A stretch of DNA of 32,000 nucleotides from Candidatus Saccharimonadota bacterium (GTDB taxonomy: Bacteria > Pseudomonadota > Gammaproteobacteria > Enterobacterales > Enterobacteriaceae). Below the pieces are notes generated by a model that had not been told where the DNA came from, did not search any database, and was given only the letters and a program-made list of their open reading frames with translations. Position 1 is the first letter of the stretch. The number at the start of each line of letters is the position of its first letter. Positions 9,467 through 20,809 of the stretch are shown in pieces. The stretch lies in NCBI RefSeq assembly GCF_900128735.1, contig NZ_LT667503.1, forward strand, positions 60,001 through 92,000, given 5' to 3'. Made by a program: the position numbers and the translations under genes.

Positions 9467-9565
9467 AAAATTAATTTTATTAAGTAATTTTTTATACAAT
9501 AAAAATTCGATACAATGATTTTTTTAAACATTAATAAATTAAGTATAAAAAGGGCGTAACGTATC

Positions 9566-10702
9566 ATGTATGGTTCAACTTTAAAGCTTGCACAAGAATT
9601 AATTAATATTCCATCGGTTAGTCCAGATGATTTAGGTTGTCAGGATATTTTAATTCATAGGTTTCAGCGCTGCGGTTTTACGGTCGAACAAATCAACTTT
9701 AAAAATACTAGAAATCTTTGGGCTTGGAAAGGTACCGGAGGAAAAACATTATGTTTCGCTGGACATACTGATGTAGTTCCGACTGGTTTGAAAGATCAGT
9801 GGTTTTTTCCGCCATTTTGTGCAACTATAAAAAATGGTTTTTTATTTGGTCGAGGGTCTGCGGATATGAAAGGTGCATTGGCGGCTATGGTGGTCGCCGT
9901 AGAAAATTTTTTAATGAAAAAAAAAAAATATTTCGGACGCATATCTTTTTTAATAACCTCGGATGAAGAATCATCCGGTAAATATGGAACTAAAAAAGTA
10001 GTTTCAATTTTAAAAAATCGAAATGAATTAATAGATTATTGTATAATTGGAGAACCTACTAGTGAAAATATTGTAGGTGATTGCATTAAAAATGGTCGGC
10101 GCGGTTCTATGAGCGCTAAATTAATTATTTATGGTATACAAGGTCATATTGCATATCCTCATTTAGCTGTGAATCCTATTCATAAATCTCTTCCTTTTTT
10201 ATCTGAATTATCGACTTTATTATTAGACGAAGGAGATATTTTTTTTTTACCTTCGCAAATACAAATTTCTAAGATACAAATATGCCGTCAATATTCTAGT
10301 AATATGATACCAGGTTTTATAAAAATAGCATTTAATATTCGTTTTAATAATATTTTGACAGATCAAAATATTCAAAATATCATTATAAATTTATTAAAAA
10401 AACATTTATTACATTATTCCATACAATGGACTATACATGCTCAACCGTATTTTTCCAAGATAAATTTTTTAAGTAAAATTATTTCGGAAAGTATATTTTT
10501 TTATAATAAAATTACACCAAAAATTAGTACATCTGGTGGTACCTCTGATGGTCGTTTTATACATAATATAGCAAAAGAAATTATAGAATTTGGATTGGAA
10601 AATCTTACTATTCATAAAATAAATGAATGTATTAATATAAAACATTTATATTTATTACAAAAAATATATGAACGTATTCTCTGTAAAATATTTTCAAATT
10701 AA
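9566..10702 (+). CDS. dapE: Succinyl-diaminopimelate desuccinylase
   Basis: ORF of 378 aa with motifs AGHTDVVP, GRGSADMKG, ITSDEE, GEPT and TIHKINEC. Collinear with E. coli DapE (375 aa). Confidence 0.95.
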   Translation: MYGSTLKLAQELINIPSVSPDDLGCQDILIHRFQRCGFTVEQINFKNTRNLWAWKGTGGKTLCFAGHTDVVPTGLKDQWFFPPFCATIKNGFLFGRGSADMKGALAAMVVAVENFLMKKKKYFGRISFLITSDEESSGKYGTKKVVSILKNRNELIDYCIIGEPTSENIVGDCIKNGRRGSMSAKLIIYGIQGHIAYPHLAVNPIHKSLPFLSELSTLLLDEGDIFFLPSQIQISKIQICRQYSSNMIPGFIKIAFNIRFNNILTDQNIQNIIINLLKKHLLHYSIQWTIHAQPYFSKINFLSKIISESIFFYNKITPKISTSGGTSDGRFIHNIAKEIIEFGLENLTIHKINECINIKHLYLLQKIYERILCKIFSN

Positions 10703-10770
10703 ATATTTTTTTATTTAAATTTTTTTTACAATAATGATTGTTTTATAGTAAAAATTACTATCTATCATCT

Positions 10771-10808
10771 TTATGCAATGATAAAAGATCATTTTCATCA
10801 TTGCATAA
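10771..10808. terminator. Hairpin between convergent dapE and dapA (candidate bidirectional terminator)
   Basis: ttatgcaatgat (10771-10782), 14-nt loop, atcattgcataa (10797-10808): a perfect 12-bp stem centred in the 118-bp spacer between two converging genes. Confidence 0.45.
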
Positions 10809-10820
10809 GCGGGATTTGTT

Positions 10821-11720
10821 TTAAAAATTATTTTTTAATTTCTTTCTTAATCCTATTTTATCAATTTCTTTTTGAAGAATATTTTTGTTTGCATGTAATA
10901 ATGGTGTTAATGGTAATCTAACTGTGTCTGTGGTTATTAACCCAAGATACTTAGCAGCCCATTTTATTGGAATCGGATTAGGTTCTCGAAAAAGAAGATT
11001 ATTGAGAAGAAAAATTTTTTTTTCTTCTAAATATGCATTGAAAAAATCTCCTTGTAGAGCAAAATTAAATATTTTAGTCATTTGTTTTGCTGCAATATTA
11101 GCGGTAACAGAAATAATACCATCACCACCTAATTTCATAAAATCTAGGGCTGTTTTATCATCCCCACTAATTAAAAGAAAATCTTTTTTTATTAATTTTT
11201 TTAATTGACTGATTCTTGATAAATCTCCTGTTGCATCTTTTATTCCAATTATATTTTTTAGTTTTGATAATCGCGCAGTAGTTTTAGGTAATAAATCGCA
11301 TCCTGTTCGATTTGGTACATTATATAATATTTGTGGTAATTCGGTAGATTCTGAAATAGCTTGAAAATGGAGATATAGTCCTTCTTGTGTAGGACGATTA
11401 TAATACGGAGTAACATTTAAACATCCAGAAATTCCGGATTTTTCAAATTTTTTATTTAGTAATATACTTTCTGCGGTAGAATTAGAACCTGTTCCGGCAA
11501 TGATTGGAATTTTTCCATCTGCTAGTTCTAAAGTTGTCATAATTACATCTATATGTTCTTCTTTATTTAAAGTTGCTGATTCTCCTGTTGTTCCTACTGC
11601 AATAATGGCGGAAGTATTATTTTTGATATGATAATCAATTAAATTTTTTAGGCTTTTTTTGCAAATTTTTCCTTTTTTATCCATAGGAGTAATTAATGCT
11701 ACCATACTTCCTTTAAACAT
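10821..11720 (-). CDS. dapA: 4-hydroxy-tetrahydrodipicolinate synthase
   Basis: ORF of 299 aa, [14 protein letters not shown]…[10 protein letters not shown]…[13 protein letters not shown]…ILYNVP.RTG…, collinear with E. coli DapA (292 aa). Confidence 0.96.
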   Translation of the reverse strand: MFKGSMVALITPMDKKGKICKKSLKNLIDYHIKNNTSAIIAVGTTGESATLNKEEHIDVIMTTLELADGKIPIIAGTGSNSTAESILLNKKFEKSGISGCLNVTPYYNRPTQEGLYLHFQAISESTELPQILYNVPNRTGCDLLPKTTARLSKLKNIIGIKDATGDLSRISQLKKLIKKDFLLISGDDKTALDFMKLGGDGIISVTANIAAKQMTKIFNFALQGDFFNAYLEEKKIFLLNNLLFREPNPIPIKWAAKYLGLITTDTVRLPLTPLLHANKNILQKEIDKIGLRKKLKNNF

Positions 11721-11883
11721 TTTTTTATTCCTTATCTACTTAATATTTTTATAAATTACAGTTTTTTTTTATTTATATAAGATGTATATAAGATATATAA
11801 ATAATATATTTTACAAAAAATATACTGATTTAATACATTGTTCTATATTATAGAAAATATAAATTTTTTTTTTAATATTTTTT

Positions 11884-11912
11884 TTATTATATAGTTTGTA
11901 ACTATATAATAA
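11884..11912. repeat. Perfect 13-bp inverted repeat with 3-nt spacer, function unknown
   Basis: ttattatatagtt (11884-11896), tgt, aactatataataa (11900-11912). On the + strand it is followed by tg and T8 (11913-11922). It lies in the 462-bp dapA-aroC spacer. Confidence 0.6.
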
Positions 11913-12182
11913 TGTTTTTTTTAGTGAGAATTAATATTTTTAGGTAGGTAGATTATTAATTTTTGAAATTTATTTAAATTAATAATAATATTAGAAATAT
12001 TTTTTTTATGATGCATGTTAAGAATATATCAGTCGTTTCAGAATTATTTTTTTTTATTCATTATTTTAGTTTGTTTAGTTATTAAAAAATATTTGAATAT
12101 TTATTTAATTATTTTGTTAAAATAAGAATTTTTATTATAAAAAAATAAATTTTTAAGAGAAATAATTTTTATTAATAAATTT

Positions 12183-13262
12183 TTATCTTTGAATATGTAT
12201 TAATTGACTGCATTGAGCACGATTTCTTAATGTGTGATCCATTAAAACAATAGCTAACATTGCTTCAGCAATTGGTATAGCTCTAATCCCGACGCAAGGA
12301 TCATGTCTTCCTGTAGTGACTATTGTTGTCTCTTTACCTTGTTTTGTGATAGTTTTTCCGGGAATTTTTATACTAGAAGTAGGTTTAAAGGCTGCTGTTA
12401 CGATTATTTCATTTCCGTTGCTAATACCTCCTAGAATTCCCCCTGAATGATTACTAGAAAAACCTTTTTGAGATATTTCGTCTCTATGAACACTTCCAGA
12501 TTGTTGCGTAACATTGATTCCGTCTCCAATTTCTACTGATTTAGAGGCATTAATACTCATGATTGCATGGGCGATATCTGCATCTAATCGATCAAATACT
12601 GGTTCTCCTAGTCCAAGAGGTATATTTTGTGCTATTACAACAATTTTTGCGCCTATGGAATTTCCTTGTTTTTTGAGTTTTATTATTTTGTTTTTTAATT
12701 GAGCAATTTTTTCTGGATTACTACAAAAGAAAGGATTTTTTTCAACTTCTTCCCAAGAATGAAAAGGGCAATAAATATCACCTAATTGTAGTAGATATCC
12801 TCTGATTTTAATTCCGTACATATAATTTAAATATTTTTTTGCAATAGCTCCGGCCGCTACTCTGATAGCTGTTTCTCGTGCAGAAGCCCGACCTCCTCCG
12901 CGATAATCTCTAATGTGATATTTTTTTTCATATGTATAATCAGCATGATTTGGTCGATATATATTTTGAATATTTGAATAATCTTGTGAGCGTATATCAG
13001 TATTGAGAATAGTAATACCTATACTAGTACCTGTAGTATATCCATTAAAAACACCTGAAAAAATATTAACTTTATCATTTTCACGTCTTTTCGTTGTGTA
13101 TTTTGAAAAACCAGGTTTTCTTCGATTTAAATCATATTGTAAATCAGTTTCAGATAATGGAAATTTTGGTGGCATACCGTCAATGATTCCTGCTAACATT
13201 GATCCATGTGATTCACCACATGTTGTTACGCGAAATATTTTTCCAATGGTATTTCCTGCCAT
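12183..13262 (-). CDS. aroC: Chorismate synthase
   Basis: The ORF track starts at TTG 13283. Homology (E. coli [20 protein letters not shown]…) and an AAGAGGTGA box directly upstream support ATG 13262 (359 aa). Collinear with E. coli AroC (361 aa). Confidence 0.95.
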   Translation of the reverse strand: MAGNTIGKIFRVTTCGESHGSMLAGIIDGMPPKFPLSETDLQYDLNRRKPGFSKYTTKRRENDKVNIFSGVFNGYTTGTSIGITILNTDIRSQDYSNIQNIYRPNHADYTYEKKYHIRDYRGGGRASARETAIRVAAGAIAKKYLNYMYGIKIRGYLLQLGDIYCPFHSWEEVEKNPFFCSNPEKIAQLKNKIIKLKKQGNSIGAKIVVIAQNIPLGLGEPVFDRLDADIAHAIMSINASKSVEIGDGINVTQQSGSVHRDEISQKGFSSNHSGGILGGISNGNEIIVTAAFKPTSSIKIPGKTITKQGKETTIVTTGRHDPCVGIRAIPIAEAMLAIVLMDHTLRNRAQCSQLIHIQR

Positions 13263-13556
13263 ATTCACCTCTTTATAGTACAATCGATTTTTTTATTCTT
13301 TTATTTTTCTGCTGATATACTTATTATAATGTTTTCGCGCATGAAAATAAATTAATAATTCTATATTTTTTTAAAAAAAATATTTATTTTTTTATTTTAG
13401 TTTTTTTTAGTATAGATTTTTATTAATAAAAATTTTTTTAGAAATTATTTTTTTATTTTTTGATATAAATTTTAAACTGAAATAAATATATAATTTATTT
13501 TTTTAAAAATATATATTTATTATTTTTTATTAATAATTATTATGGTAGATTTATTT

Positions 13557-14093
13557 ATGAAAAAAAAAAATAAAATTTCTGATCAAGAAAAAGATTTTTT
13601 TCTTTATCAAATGCAAGGCGTTAAAAAAATTAAACAAGATAGAGTTTATCATAGACCAATTTATAATAGAAAAAAATTACGGTGGTATACAAGAAATGTT
13701 ATAGAACAGAATGCTCATTGTTTTTATTTTAAAAATTTTTCTTTTGATAAGCCTTTTTTTATTTGTGAAGACCCTGTTTTTTTTATACGTACATTAAATT
13801 GTAATATTGATATTAAGAAATTAAAAAAAGGTGAATATATACCAGAAATTATTTTAGATTTACATGGTGTGAATTTATACCAAGCAGAAAAAGAATTAGG
13901 AAAACTTATAACAATATGTTTTCAAGAAAATATTATTTGCGCGAGCATCATTCATGGATATGGAAAAAAAATATTAAAAAATCAAATTCCTTTTTGGTTA
14001 ATAAGACATCCTGATGTAATAGCATTTCATCAAGCTCCGAAAACATTTGGGTCTGATGCTGCTATTTTTATTTTTTTAAAAAAGAAAATATAA
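13557..14093 (+). CDS. smrB: Smr-domain endonuclease SmrB (YfcN)
   Basis: The ORF track starts at 13542. E. coli SmrB begins MKKKTTLSEEDQALF…IKQD…HRP, matching MKKKNKISDQEKDFF…IKQDRVYHRP from ATG 13557 (178 aa). The C-terminal Smr domain is present (LDLHG…HGYGK…AFHQAP). Confidence 0.82.
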   Translation: MKKKNKISDQEKDFFLYQMQGVKKIKQDRVYHRPIYNRKKLRWYTRNVIEQNAHCFYFKNFSFDKPFFICEDPVFFIRTLNCNIDIKKLKKGEYIPEIILDLHGVNLYQAEKELGKLITICFQENIICASIIHGYGKKILKNQIPFWLIRHPDVIAFHQAPKTFGSDAAIFIFLKKKI

Positions 14094-14327
14094 TAAATTA
14101 TCCGATGTTTAGATAATTTATAGAGTATATTATAATATTAATAATTTTTTTAAATATAATATTTTTATAAAAATTATTGTTGATGTAAATAATAGAATTT
14201 ATGATTTTTTTTCACTTAGATTAGGTAAATATTTTATTTAATTAAAAAATTATAATTAAAAATAAAAAATTTTTTTGTTTTATAAAAAAATAATATAATA
14301 TCTTTACCTCTATTAAGGATTTTATTC

Positions 14328-15233
14328 ATGTTAAATAAAAATCGTTTACGTTTAGCAATACAAAAGTCAGGTCGCTTAAGTTTGGATTCGAAAAATTTAT
14401 TGAAACAATGTGGTATAAAAATTAATTTACAAAAGTCTAGTTTAATAGCTTTCGCTGAAAATATGCCAATTGATATTATGTTAGTAAGAGATGATGATAT
14501 ACCTGGATTAATTATGGATGGAGTAGTAGAATTAGGAATTGTAGGTGCTAATGTTTTAGAAGAAGAAAAATTATCAAGAAAATTTTTAGGTACGGTTTCA
14601 AAATCATATAAAATTTTACAGCGTTTAGATTTTGGTTTTTGCAGATTATCTTTAGCTGTACCTATGGAAATGAAATACTTAGATATTTTTTGTTTAAAAA
14701 ATGCACAAATTGCTACATCATATCCTTATTTATTAAAAAAATATTTTGATAAAAAAAATATTGTTTTTAAACCTTTTGTATTAAATGGTTCAGTAGAAGT
14801 AGCGTCCAATGCTGGATTAGCAAATGCTATTTGTGATTTAGTTTCTACAGGAGCAACTTTAGAAGCTAATGGATTAAAAGAAGTTGAAGTAATTTATCAA
14901 TCTAGCGCTTGTTTAGTATCTCAAAAAATGAATGATATTTCTTCATTTAAATATCAATTAATTGATCAGTTATTAACACGTATCCAAGGAGTAATTAAAG
15001 CTCGGGAATCTAAATATATTATGTTGCATGCTCCTCGAGAAAAATTAGTGCAAGTAATGGGTTTATTAAAAGGTATAGAGCGACCGACAGTATTAGAATT
15101 AGTAGGAGATAAAAGTAAAGTCGTATTACATATGGTAAGTAGTGAAACTGTTTTTTGGGAAACCATGGAAGGATTAAAAAAATTAGGAGCTAGTTCTATA
15201 TTAGTTTTGCCAATTGAAAAAATGATGGAATAA
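14328..15233 (+). CDS. hisG: ATP phosphoribosyltransferase (long form)
   Basis: ORF of 301 aa, …[12 protein letters not shown]…VRDDDIPGL…[14 protein letters not shown]…[13 protein letters not shown], with the same C-terminus as E. coli HisG (299 aa). AAGGA box 8 nt upstream. Confidence 0.96.
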   Translation: MLNKNRLRLAIQKSGRLSLDSKNLLKQCGIKINLQKSSLIAFAENMPIDIMLVRDDDIPGLIMDGVVELGIVGANVLEEEKLSRKFLGTVSKSYKILQRLDFGFCRLSLAVPMEMKYLDIFCLKNAQIATSYPYLLKKYFDKKNIVFKPFVLNGSVEVASNAGLANAICDLVSTGATLEANGLKEVEVIYQSSACLVSQKMNDISSFKYQLIDQLLTRIQGVIKARESKYIMLHAPREKLVQVMGLLKGIERPTVLELVGDKSKVVLHMVSSETVFWETMEGLKKLGASSILVLPIEKMME

Positions 15234-15241
15234 AAATAATT

Positions 15242-16549
15242 ATGTGTAAGTTAAGTAAAAATATTTTTGACTGGAATAATATGAATTCCGAACAACGGAA
15301 TAAAATATTGTTACGGCCGTTATTAAATAAAAAAAATGATATTAAAAAAAAAGTTTTGAAGATTATTAACAATGTTAAAAAGAATGGAGATGCTGCATTA
15401 AAAAAATATACTTTAGAATTTGATAAAATAAAACTAAATGATTTTTTTATTTCTGAAAAAAAATTACAGCAAGCGTCTTTTTTAGTTAAAGATAATTTTA
15501 AAGAAGCTATATTAACTTCCTTTAATAATATTACAAAATTTCATAGTTTTCAAAAATTTAAAAATATAGATGTCAACATATCTTTAGGAATTCGATGTCA
15601 ACGTATTGTAACTCCGATTCAGTCAGTAGGGTTATATGTTCCTGGAGGCATTACACCTCTGATATCGACCGCCTTAATGTTATCTATTCCCGCTAATTTA
15701 GCAGGGTGTCCTAATATTACTTTATGTTCGCCGCCACCAATTACTAATGAGATGTTATATGCAGCTAAAATATGTAATATTAAAAGAATTTTACAGTTAG
15801 GCGGGGCGCAAGCAATTGCAGCTTTAGCTTTTGGAACTAAAACTATTTCAAAAGTAGATAAAATTTTTGGTCCTGGTAATGCTTTTGTTACTGCAGCTAA
15901 AATTAAATTATGTGATATGGTCTCTGGTTTATCTATTGATATGCCTGCTGGACCTTCTGAAGTTTTAATTATCGCTGATACATTTTCAAATCCTGAATTT
16001 ATTGCGGCTGATTTATTAGCTCAAGCCGAGCATGATTATAATGCTCAAGTAATTTTGTTAACGCCTTGTTTAAACATAGCTTATCACGTATATTTTTATT
16101 TAAAAAAACATATAAAACATTTATCTAGATTAGAATACATCTTACATGCTTGGAAAAATAGTAAAATTATTATTACTCCTTCTCTAAAAACATCTTTTGA
16201 CATTTCGAATCAATATGCTCCAGAACATTTGATACTACATATTCAAGATGCAAGAAAATATTTAGCTTGGATAAAAAATGCTGGATCTGTTTTTATTGGG
16301 TCATGGACACCAGAATCGGTAGGCGATTATATTACAGGTACAAATCATGTATTACCAACATATGGATATGCTAAAACGTATTCAGGATTAAGTGTTTTAG
16401 ATTTTCAAAAATTTATTACGATACAAGAAGTTTCTAAAAATGCTTTAAAAAATTTAGCTAATAGTATTGCGGTTTTATCAAAAATAGAAGGTTTAGATGC
16501 ACATAATCATTCTATTTTAGTTAGAACTAAATTATTGAAAACTACTTAA
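15242..16549 (+). CDS. hisD: Histidinol dehydrogenase
   Basis: ORF of 435 aa with motifs VGLYVPGG, LGGAQAIAALAFGT, KIFGPGNAFVT, IDMPAGPSEVL, AQAEHD and GDY.TGTNHVLPT. Collinear with E. coli HisD (434 aa). Confidence 0.96.
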   Translation: MCKLSKNIFDWNNMNSEQRNKILLRPLLNKKNDIKKKVLKIINNVKKNGDAALKKYTLEFDKIKLNDFFISEKKLQQASFLVKDNFKEAILTSFNNITKFHSFQKFKNIDVNISLGIRCQRIVTPIQSVGLYVPGGITPLISTALMLSIPANLAGCPNITLCSPPPITNEMLYAAKICNIKRILQLGGAQAIAALAFGTKTISKVDKIFGPGNAFVTAAKIKLCDMVSGLSIDMPAGPSEVLIIADTFSNPEFIAADLLAQAEHDYNAQVILLTPCLNIAYHVYFYLKKHIKHLSRLEYILHAWKNSKIIITPSLKTSFDISNQYAPEHLILHIQDARKYLAWIKNAGSVFIGSWTPESVGDYITGTNHVLPTYGYAKTYSGLSVLDFQKFITIQEVSKNALKNLANSIAVLSKIEGLDAHNHSILVRTKLLKTT

Positions 16550-16570
16550 TAAAAAATATAAAAGGATGAT

Positions 16571-17638
16571 ATGAAAAAATTAGCACCTGATCATATACGT
16601 AATTTAATACCATATCAATCCGCTAGATGTATTAAGTCGCATGGTCATATATGGTTGAACGCTAATGAATCACCATTTTTTAATAATATTGTTGGTAGAT
16701 TGGAGAAAAATTTAAATCGATATCCTGAGCCTCAACCAAAAATATTATTAAAAAAATATTCAGAATATGTTGAGATTAATAAGAAAAATATTTTAGTTAC
16801 AAGAGGTTCAGATGAAGGTATTGAATTACTTATTCGAACTTTTTGTATTCCGAAAACTGATAAAATAATGATTTTTCCTCCGACGTATGATATGTATGAA
16901 GTAAGTGCAAAGATTTTAGGAGTAGATATTGTAAAAATTAATAGTTGCGCTAATTTTCAATTAAATCTTTTGGAACTTCAACGGAATTTATCTAATATAA
17001 AAATAATTTATTTATGTAATCCTAATAATCCGACAGGTAATTTAATTAATCAAGATGATATCTATACTATACTAGATATATTGAATAAAAATGTTCTTTT
17101 TGTAATTGATGAAGCATATATTGAATTTTCTATAACAGCAAGTATGGTAAAAAAAATTTATAAATTTCCTAATCTTATTATTTTACGAACATTATCAAAA
17201 TCTTTTGGATTAGCAGGATTAAGATGTGGTTTTTTATTATCTAATGTCAAAATAATCAATTATCTAAAAAAAGTTATTGCTCCATATCCTATTCCGCTTC
17301 CAGTTTCTGAGATAGCCAGTGAAGCATTAAGTATACGTAATATTAATTTAATGAAAAAAAATGTTTTCATGATTTTAAAGTATAAGTTATGGTGTTTTAA
17401 AAAGCTGCTTAATTTTTCATTTGTAAAAAAAATATTTTTGAGTGATGCTAATTTTTTACTAATTAAATTTTTTTCAGCTAATAAGATATTTAAATATTTA
17501 GAAGAAAATAGTGTTATTGTGAGAAGTCAATCACATAAATTAAATTTAAAGAATTGTTTAAGAGTATCAATAGGCACAGAAGGTGAATGTCATCAATTTA
17601 TTGATTTGTTATCTGTGTTTGAGGAAAAAAATAATTAG
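16571..17638 (+). CDS. hisC: Histidinol-phosphate aminotransferase
   Basis: ORF of 355 aa with LNANESP, NRYPEPQP, NPNNPTG and the PLP-lysine motif TLSKSFGLAGLRCGF. AAGGA box upstream. Confidence 0.95.
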   Translation: MKKLAPDHIRNLIPYQSARCIKSHGHIWLNANESPFFNNIVGRLEKNLNRYPEPQPKILLKKYSEYVEINKKNILVTRGSDEGIELLIRTFCIPKTDKIMIFPPTYDMYEVSAKILGVDIVKINSCANFQLNLLELQRNLSNIKIIYLCNPNNPTGNLINQDDIYTILDILNKNVLFVIDEAYIEFSITASMVKKIYKFPNLIILRTLSKSFGLAGLRCGFLLSNVKIINYLKKVIAPYPIPLPVSEIASEALSIRNINLMKKNVFMILKYKLWCFKKLLNFSFVKKIFLSDANFLLIKFFSANKIFKYLEENSVIVRSQSHKLNLKNCLRVSIGTEGECHQFIDLLSVFEEKNN

Positions 17639-17639
17639 C

Positions 17640-18704
17640 ATGATAAAAAAATTTATTTTTATTGATCGCGATGGAACTTTAATAAGAGAACCTAAAGATT
17701 ATCAGATTGATAGTTTAAATAAGTTATTTTTTGAACCTTATGTAATAGTTTCTTTATTAAAATTAATTCGTTTTGGTTATCATTTAATATTAATTACTAA
17801 TCAAGATGGTTTAGGAAGTCCTAATTTTTTAATAAAAAATTTTAGTGTAGTACAGAATTTTATGTTACAAGTATTTGCGTCACAAGGTATTTTTTTTGAA
17901 AGTATTTTAATTTGTCCACATTATATACATGATAATTGTAATTGTCGAAAGCCAAAGGTAGAACTAGTTAAACATTGGTTATATAATAATATAATGGATA
18001 AAAAATATAGTTGTGTTATAGGAGATAGAAAAACTGATCTACAGTTAGCAAAAAATATGGGGATTCGTGGTTTTTTGTATCATTCTAAAGAATTATCTTG
18101 GAAAAAGATTACAGATATATTAACTAAAGTATATCGTTCTGCAGTTTTTTCAAGAACTACAAATGAAACAAAAGTTTTTATTAAAATTAATTTAGATCAA
18201 TCAATAAAAAATTATATCAATACTGGTATAGATTTTTTAAATCATATGTTGGATCAAGTAAGGGTACATAGCGGTATATCTTTATATATTCATGCGCAAG
18301 GTGATTTAAAAATTGATGATCATCACACGATTGAAGATATTGGAATTGCATTAGGTTTAGCTTTAAAAAAGGCATTAGGTAATAAATTTGGAATAGCACG
18401 GTATGGTTTTACATTGCCTATGGATGAAAGTTTATCTTCTTGTTTTTTAGATTTTTCAGGGCGTTCTTGTTTTATTTTTAAAGTAAAGTTTAAAAACAAA
18501 TTTATAGGAGACTTAAGTTCTTGTATGATTAAACATTTTTTTGATTCTTTATCACAATCAATGCAAGCATCGTTACATATTTATGCTACAGGAGAAAATG
18601 ATCATCATTGTGCCGAAGGTATATTTAAATCTTTTGGTCGTGCTTTAAGGCAAGCTATACATATTCAAGATAAAATATTACCGACATCAAAAGGTTTATT
18701 ATAA
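17640..18704 (+). CDS. hisB: Bifunctional histidinol-phosphatase / imidazoleglycerol-phosphate dehydratase
   Basis: The ORF track starts at GTG 17583, inside hisC. Homology supports ATG 17640 ([14 protein letters not shown]…, the HAD DxDGT motif), one nt after the hisC stop (17636-17638). 354 aa against E. coli 355. IGPD motifs are present in the C-terminal half ([27 protein letters not shown]). Confidence 0.94.
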   Translation: MIKKFIFIDRDGTLIREPKDYQIDSLNKLFFEPYVIVSLLKLIRFGYHLILITNQDGLGSPNFLIKNFSVVQNFMLQVFASQGIFFESILICPHYIHDNCNCRKPKVELVKHWLYNNIMDKKYSCVIGDRKTDLQLAKNMGIRGFLYHSKELSWKKITDILTKVYRSAVFSRTTNETKVFIKINLDQSIKNYINTGIDFLNHMLDQVRVHSGISLYIHAQGDLKIDDHHTIEDIGIALGLALKKALGNKFGIARYGFTLPMDESLSSCFLDFSGRSCFIFKVKFKNKFIGDLSSCMIKHFFDSLSQSMQASLHIYATGENDHHCAEGIFKSFGRALRQAIHIQDKILPTSKGLL

Positions 18705-19294
18705 TGTCAATTGTTATTATAAATACAGGTTGCGCAAATTTATTTTCTGTAAAAATAGCGATTCAACGGTTAGGTTATCAAGTTTTAATTAGTGATAATC
18801 GCAAGGATATTTTAACTGCTAAAAAAATATTTTTACCTGGAGTAGGATCTTCAACATCAGTTATGATGATGTTACGTAAAAAAAATTTAATAGAGACGAT
18901 TTGTCAATTAAAGCAACCTGTTTTAGGAATTTGCTTAGGAATGCAACTTTTTTCGAATATAAGTTTAGAAAATAATAGATGTAAAATGTTAAATATTATA
19001 CCGGATTTAACGGTAAGATTACATAGTCAGAAGTATTCATTACCACATATTGGTTGGAATAATGTTTATTTTCATAAATATAATATTTTATTTGATGGTA
19101 TTGATTCTGGTACAAGATTTTATTTTTTACATAGTTATTGTATCTATCCTACTAAATATACAATCGCACTAACAAAACATGGATCATTTTTTAGCGCTGC
19201 CATAAAAAAAAATAACTTTTTTGGAGTTCAATTTCATCCAGAAAAATCAGGGATTAATGGTTTACAATTATTAAAAAATTTTTTAGAGATTTAA
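18704..19294 (+). CDS. hisH: Imidazole glycerol phosphate synthase, glutaminase subunit
   Basis: ORF of 196 aa with the class-I amidotransferase triad context ([14 protein letters not shown]). Its ATG overlaps the hisB stop by 1 nt (TAATG). Confidence 0.95.
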   Translation: MSIVIINTGCANLFSVKIAIQRLGYQVLISDNRKDILTAKKIFLPGVGSSTSVMMMLRKKNLIETICQLKQPVLGICLGMQLFSNISLENNRCKMLNIIPDLTVRLHSQKYSLPHIGWNNVYFHKYNILFDGIDSGTRFYFLHSYCIYPTKYTIALTKHGSFFSAAIKKNNFFGVQFHPEKSGINGLQLLKNFLEI

Positions 19295-19298
19295 AAAT

Positions 19299-20036
19299 AT
19301 GATTATTCCGTCATTAGATTATATAAAAAATACTGTGGTAAGGTTATATCAGGGCAATTATCATTTACAAACGTTATATAAAGATCGGATTGTTGATAAA
19401 ATAAAACAATATGTTGATGAAGGAGCAGAACAAATTCATTTAGTAGATTTAGGTGGTTGTAAAGATCCCTTAAATAGAAAAAAAGATATTAAAGATATTT
19501 TTCCGGAAAATTGTAAAACAATTTTTCAAGTCGGAGGAGGAATACGATCAAAAAAAGATATACAATATTTATTGTCGAATGGAGTTTCTAAAGTTGTATT
19601 GGGGACGATAGCGGTTACAGAAGCAGAGAAATTAAAAAAATGGTTAAAATATTTTGATTGTGAGCAAATCATATTGGCTATTGATATCAAAATCAATAAA
19701 AATAATCAAAATCAAGTAGCTATTAATGGTTGGAAAAATATTACAAATATTACTTTAGAAGAATTAATTAATTTTTTTTTACCATATGGCTTAAAACATG
19801 TTTTATGTACTGATATTTCACGAGACGGCACTTTTTTTGGTCCAAATTTTAAATTATATCGGAATTTAGCACGTATTTTTCCCAAAATATCTTTTCAAGC
19901 TTCAGGTGGAATCAGCCATATTAATGATATTAAAAAATTAAAAAAAACAGGAATAAAAAATATTATTATTGGTAAAGCTTTTTTAGAAAAGAGATTCACT
20001 TTGCCGGAGGCAATAAAATGTTGGCGAAGCGTATAA
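19299..20036 (+). CDS. hisA: ProFAR isomerase
   Basis: ORF of 245 aa, [19 protein letters not shown]…VGGGIRS…SGGIS…, collinear with E. coli HisA (245 aa). Confidence 0.94.
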   Translation: MIIPSLDYIKNTVVRLYQGNYHLQTLYKDRIVDKIKQYVDEGAEQIHLVDLGGCKDPLNRKKDIKDIFPENCKTIFQVGGGIRSKKDIQYLLSNGVSKVVLGTIAVTEAEKLKKWLKYFDCEQIILAIDIKINKNNQNQVAINGWKNITNITLEELINFFLPYGLKHVLCTDISRDGTFFGPNFKLYRNLARIFPKISFQASGGISHINDIKKLKKTGIKNIIIGKAFLEKRFTLPEAIKCWRSV

Positions 20037-20809
20037 TAGCTTGTTTAGATATTAAAGATGGTTATGTGGTTAAAGGAATTCAATTTAAAAAACACATAAT
20101 TATTGGAGATATTGTTCAATTAGCAAAATTTTACTCGAATGAAGGTATTGATGAGTTAGTATTATATGATATTACCGCTTCTTCTCAAAATCGTATTGTA
20201 AATAAAGATTGGATTTCACGTATAGCTGAAGTGATTAATATACCTTTCTCTGTAGCTGGTGGTATAAATACAATAGAAGAAGCAGCAAAAATTTTGAGAT
20301 TAGGTGCTGATAAAATTTCTATAAACTCTCCCGCTCTTTTAGATCCTTTTTTAATTAGTCGTTTAGCTGATCGTTTTGGTTCACAATGTGTTGTTGTAGG
20401 TGTAGATTCTTGGTTTAATAAAAGAAAAAAAAAATATGAGGTTTTTCAGTATACTGGAGATTCAAAAAAAATTTTTCAAACATGTTGGGATACTTTTGAT
20501 TGGATTAAAAAAATTCAGTTATTAGGGGCTGGAGAAATAGTTTTAAATACAATGAATACTGATGGAATGCAAAAAGGTTATGATATTTCTCAATTATCAA
20601 AAGTAAGAAAAATATGTAAGGTTCCATTGATTGCATCTGGTGGAGCTGGAGATGTACGGGACTTTTTATTTGTTTTTCAAAAAGCGAATGTAGATGGAGC
20701 TTTGGCTGCTTCAGTTTTTCATAATAAAATTATATCTATTAATATTTTAAAAGACTTTTTAATGCATCATGGAGTGGAAATTCGGAAATGTTTGTTGACA
20801 AAAATATAG
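20018..20809 (+). CDS. hisF: Imidazole glycerol phosphate synthase, cyclase subunit
   Basis: ORF of 263 aa, [23 protein letters not shown]…ASGGAG…GALAASVFH, matching E. coli HisF ([20 protein letters not shown]…). GGAGG box at 20006-20010. Its start overlaps hisA by 19 nt. Confidence 0.96.
   Translation: MLAKRIIACLDIKDGYVVKGIQFKKHIIIGDIVQLAKFYSNEGIDELVLYDITASSQNRIVNKDWISRIAEVINIPFSVAGGINTIEEAAKILRLGADKISINSPALLDPFLISRLADRFGSQCVVVGVDSWFNKRKKKYEVFQYTGDSKKIFQTCWDTFDWIKKIQLLGAGEIVLNTMNTDGMQKGYDISQLSKVRKICKVPLIASGGAGDVRDFLFVFQKANVDGALAASVFHNKIISINILKDFLMHHGVEIRKCLLTKI

Noticed and set aside
10885-11208. A 107-aa ORF on the + strand, antisense to dapA.
   Set aside because: It is a shadow ORF of a well-supported gene. 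Its composition (runs of R, L, S, F) is typical of antisense translation, and there is no start context.
12008-12085. A 25-codon + strand ORF (MMHVKNISVVSELFFFIHYFSLFSY) in the dapA-aroC spacer.
   Set aside because: It has no ribosome-binding site, lies on the strand opposite both neighbours, has low-complexity composition and no recognisable homology. Its size is within chance expectation.
12514-13278. Two + strand ORFs (12514..12702, 62 aa; 13003..13278, 91 aa) antisense to aroC.
   Set aside because: Both lie within the full-length, E. coli-collinear aroC. They are shadow ORFs favoured by the slightly higher G+C of this gene.
14170-14215. Sigma-70-like hexamer pairs upstream of hisG (for example TTGTTG, 17 nt, TATGAT) and in other spacers.
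   Set aside because: In DNA this A+T-rich such pairs occur constantly by chance. Without transcript 5' ends I cannot support individual promoter calls. The exception is the perfect TTGACA upstream of aroH, which I listed as a low-confidence feature.
14966-15166. A 66-aa minus-strand ORF inside hisG. There are similar antisense ORFs at 18217..18399 (hisB), 23539..23775 (metG) and 31544..31756 (thrS).
   Set aside because: All are antisense to strongly supported genes, short, without ribosome-binding sites and without family resemblance.
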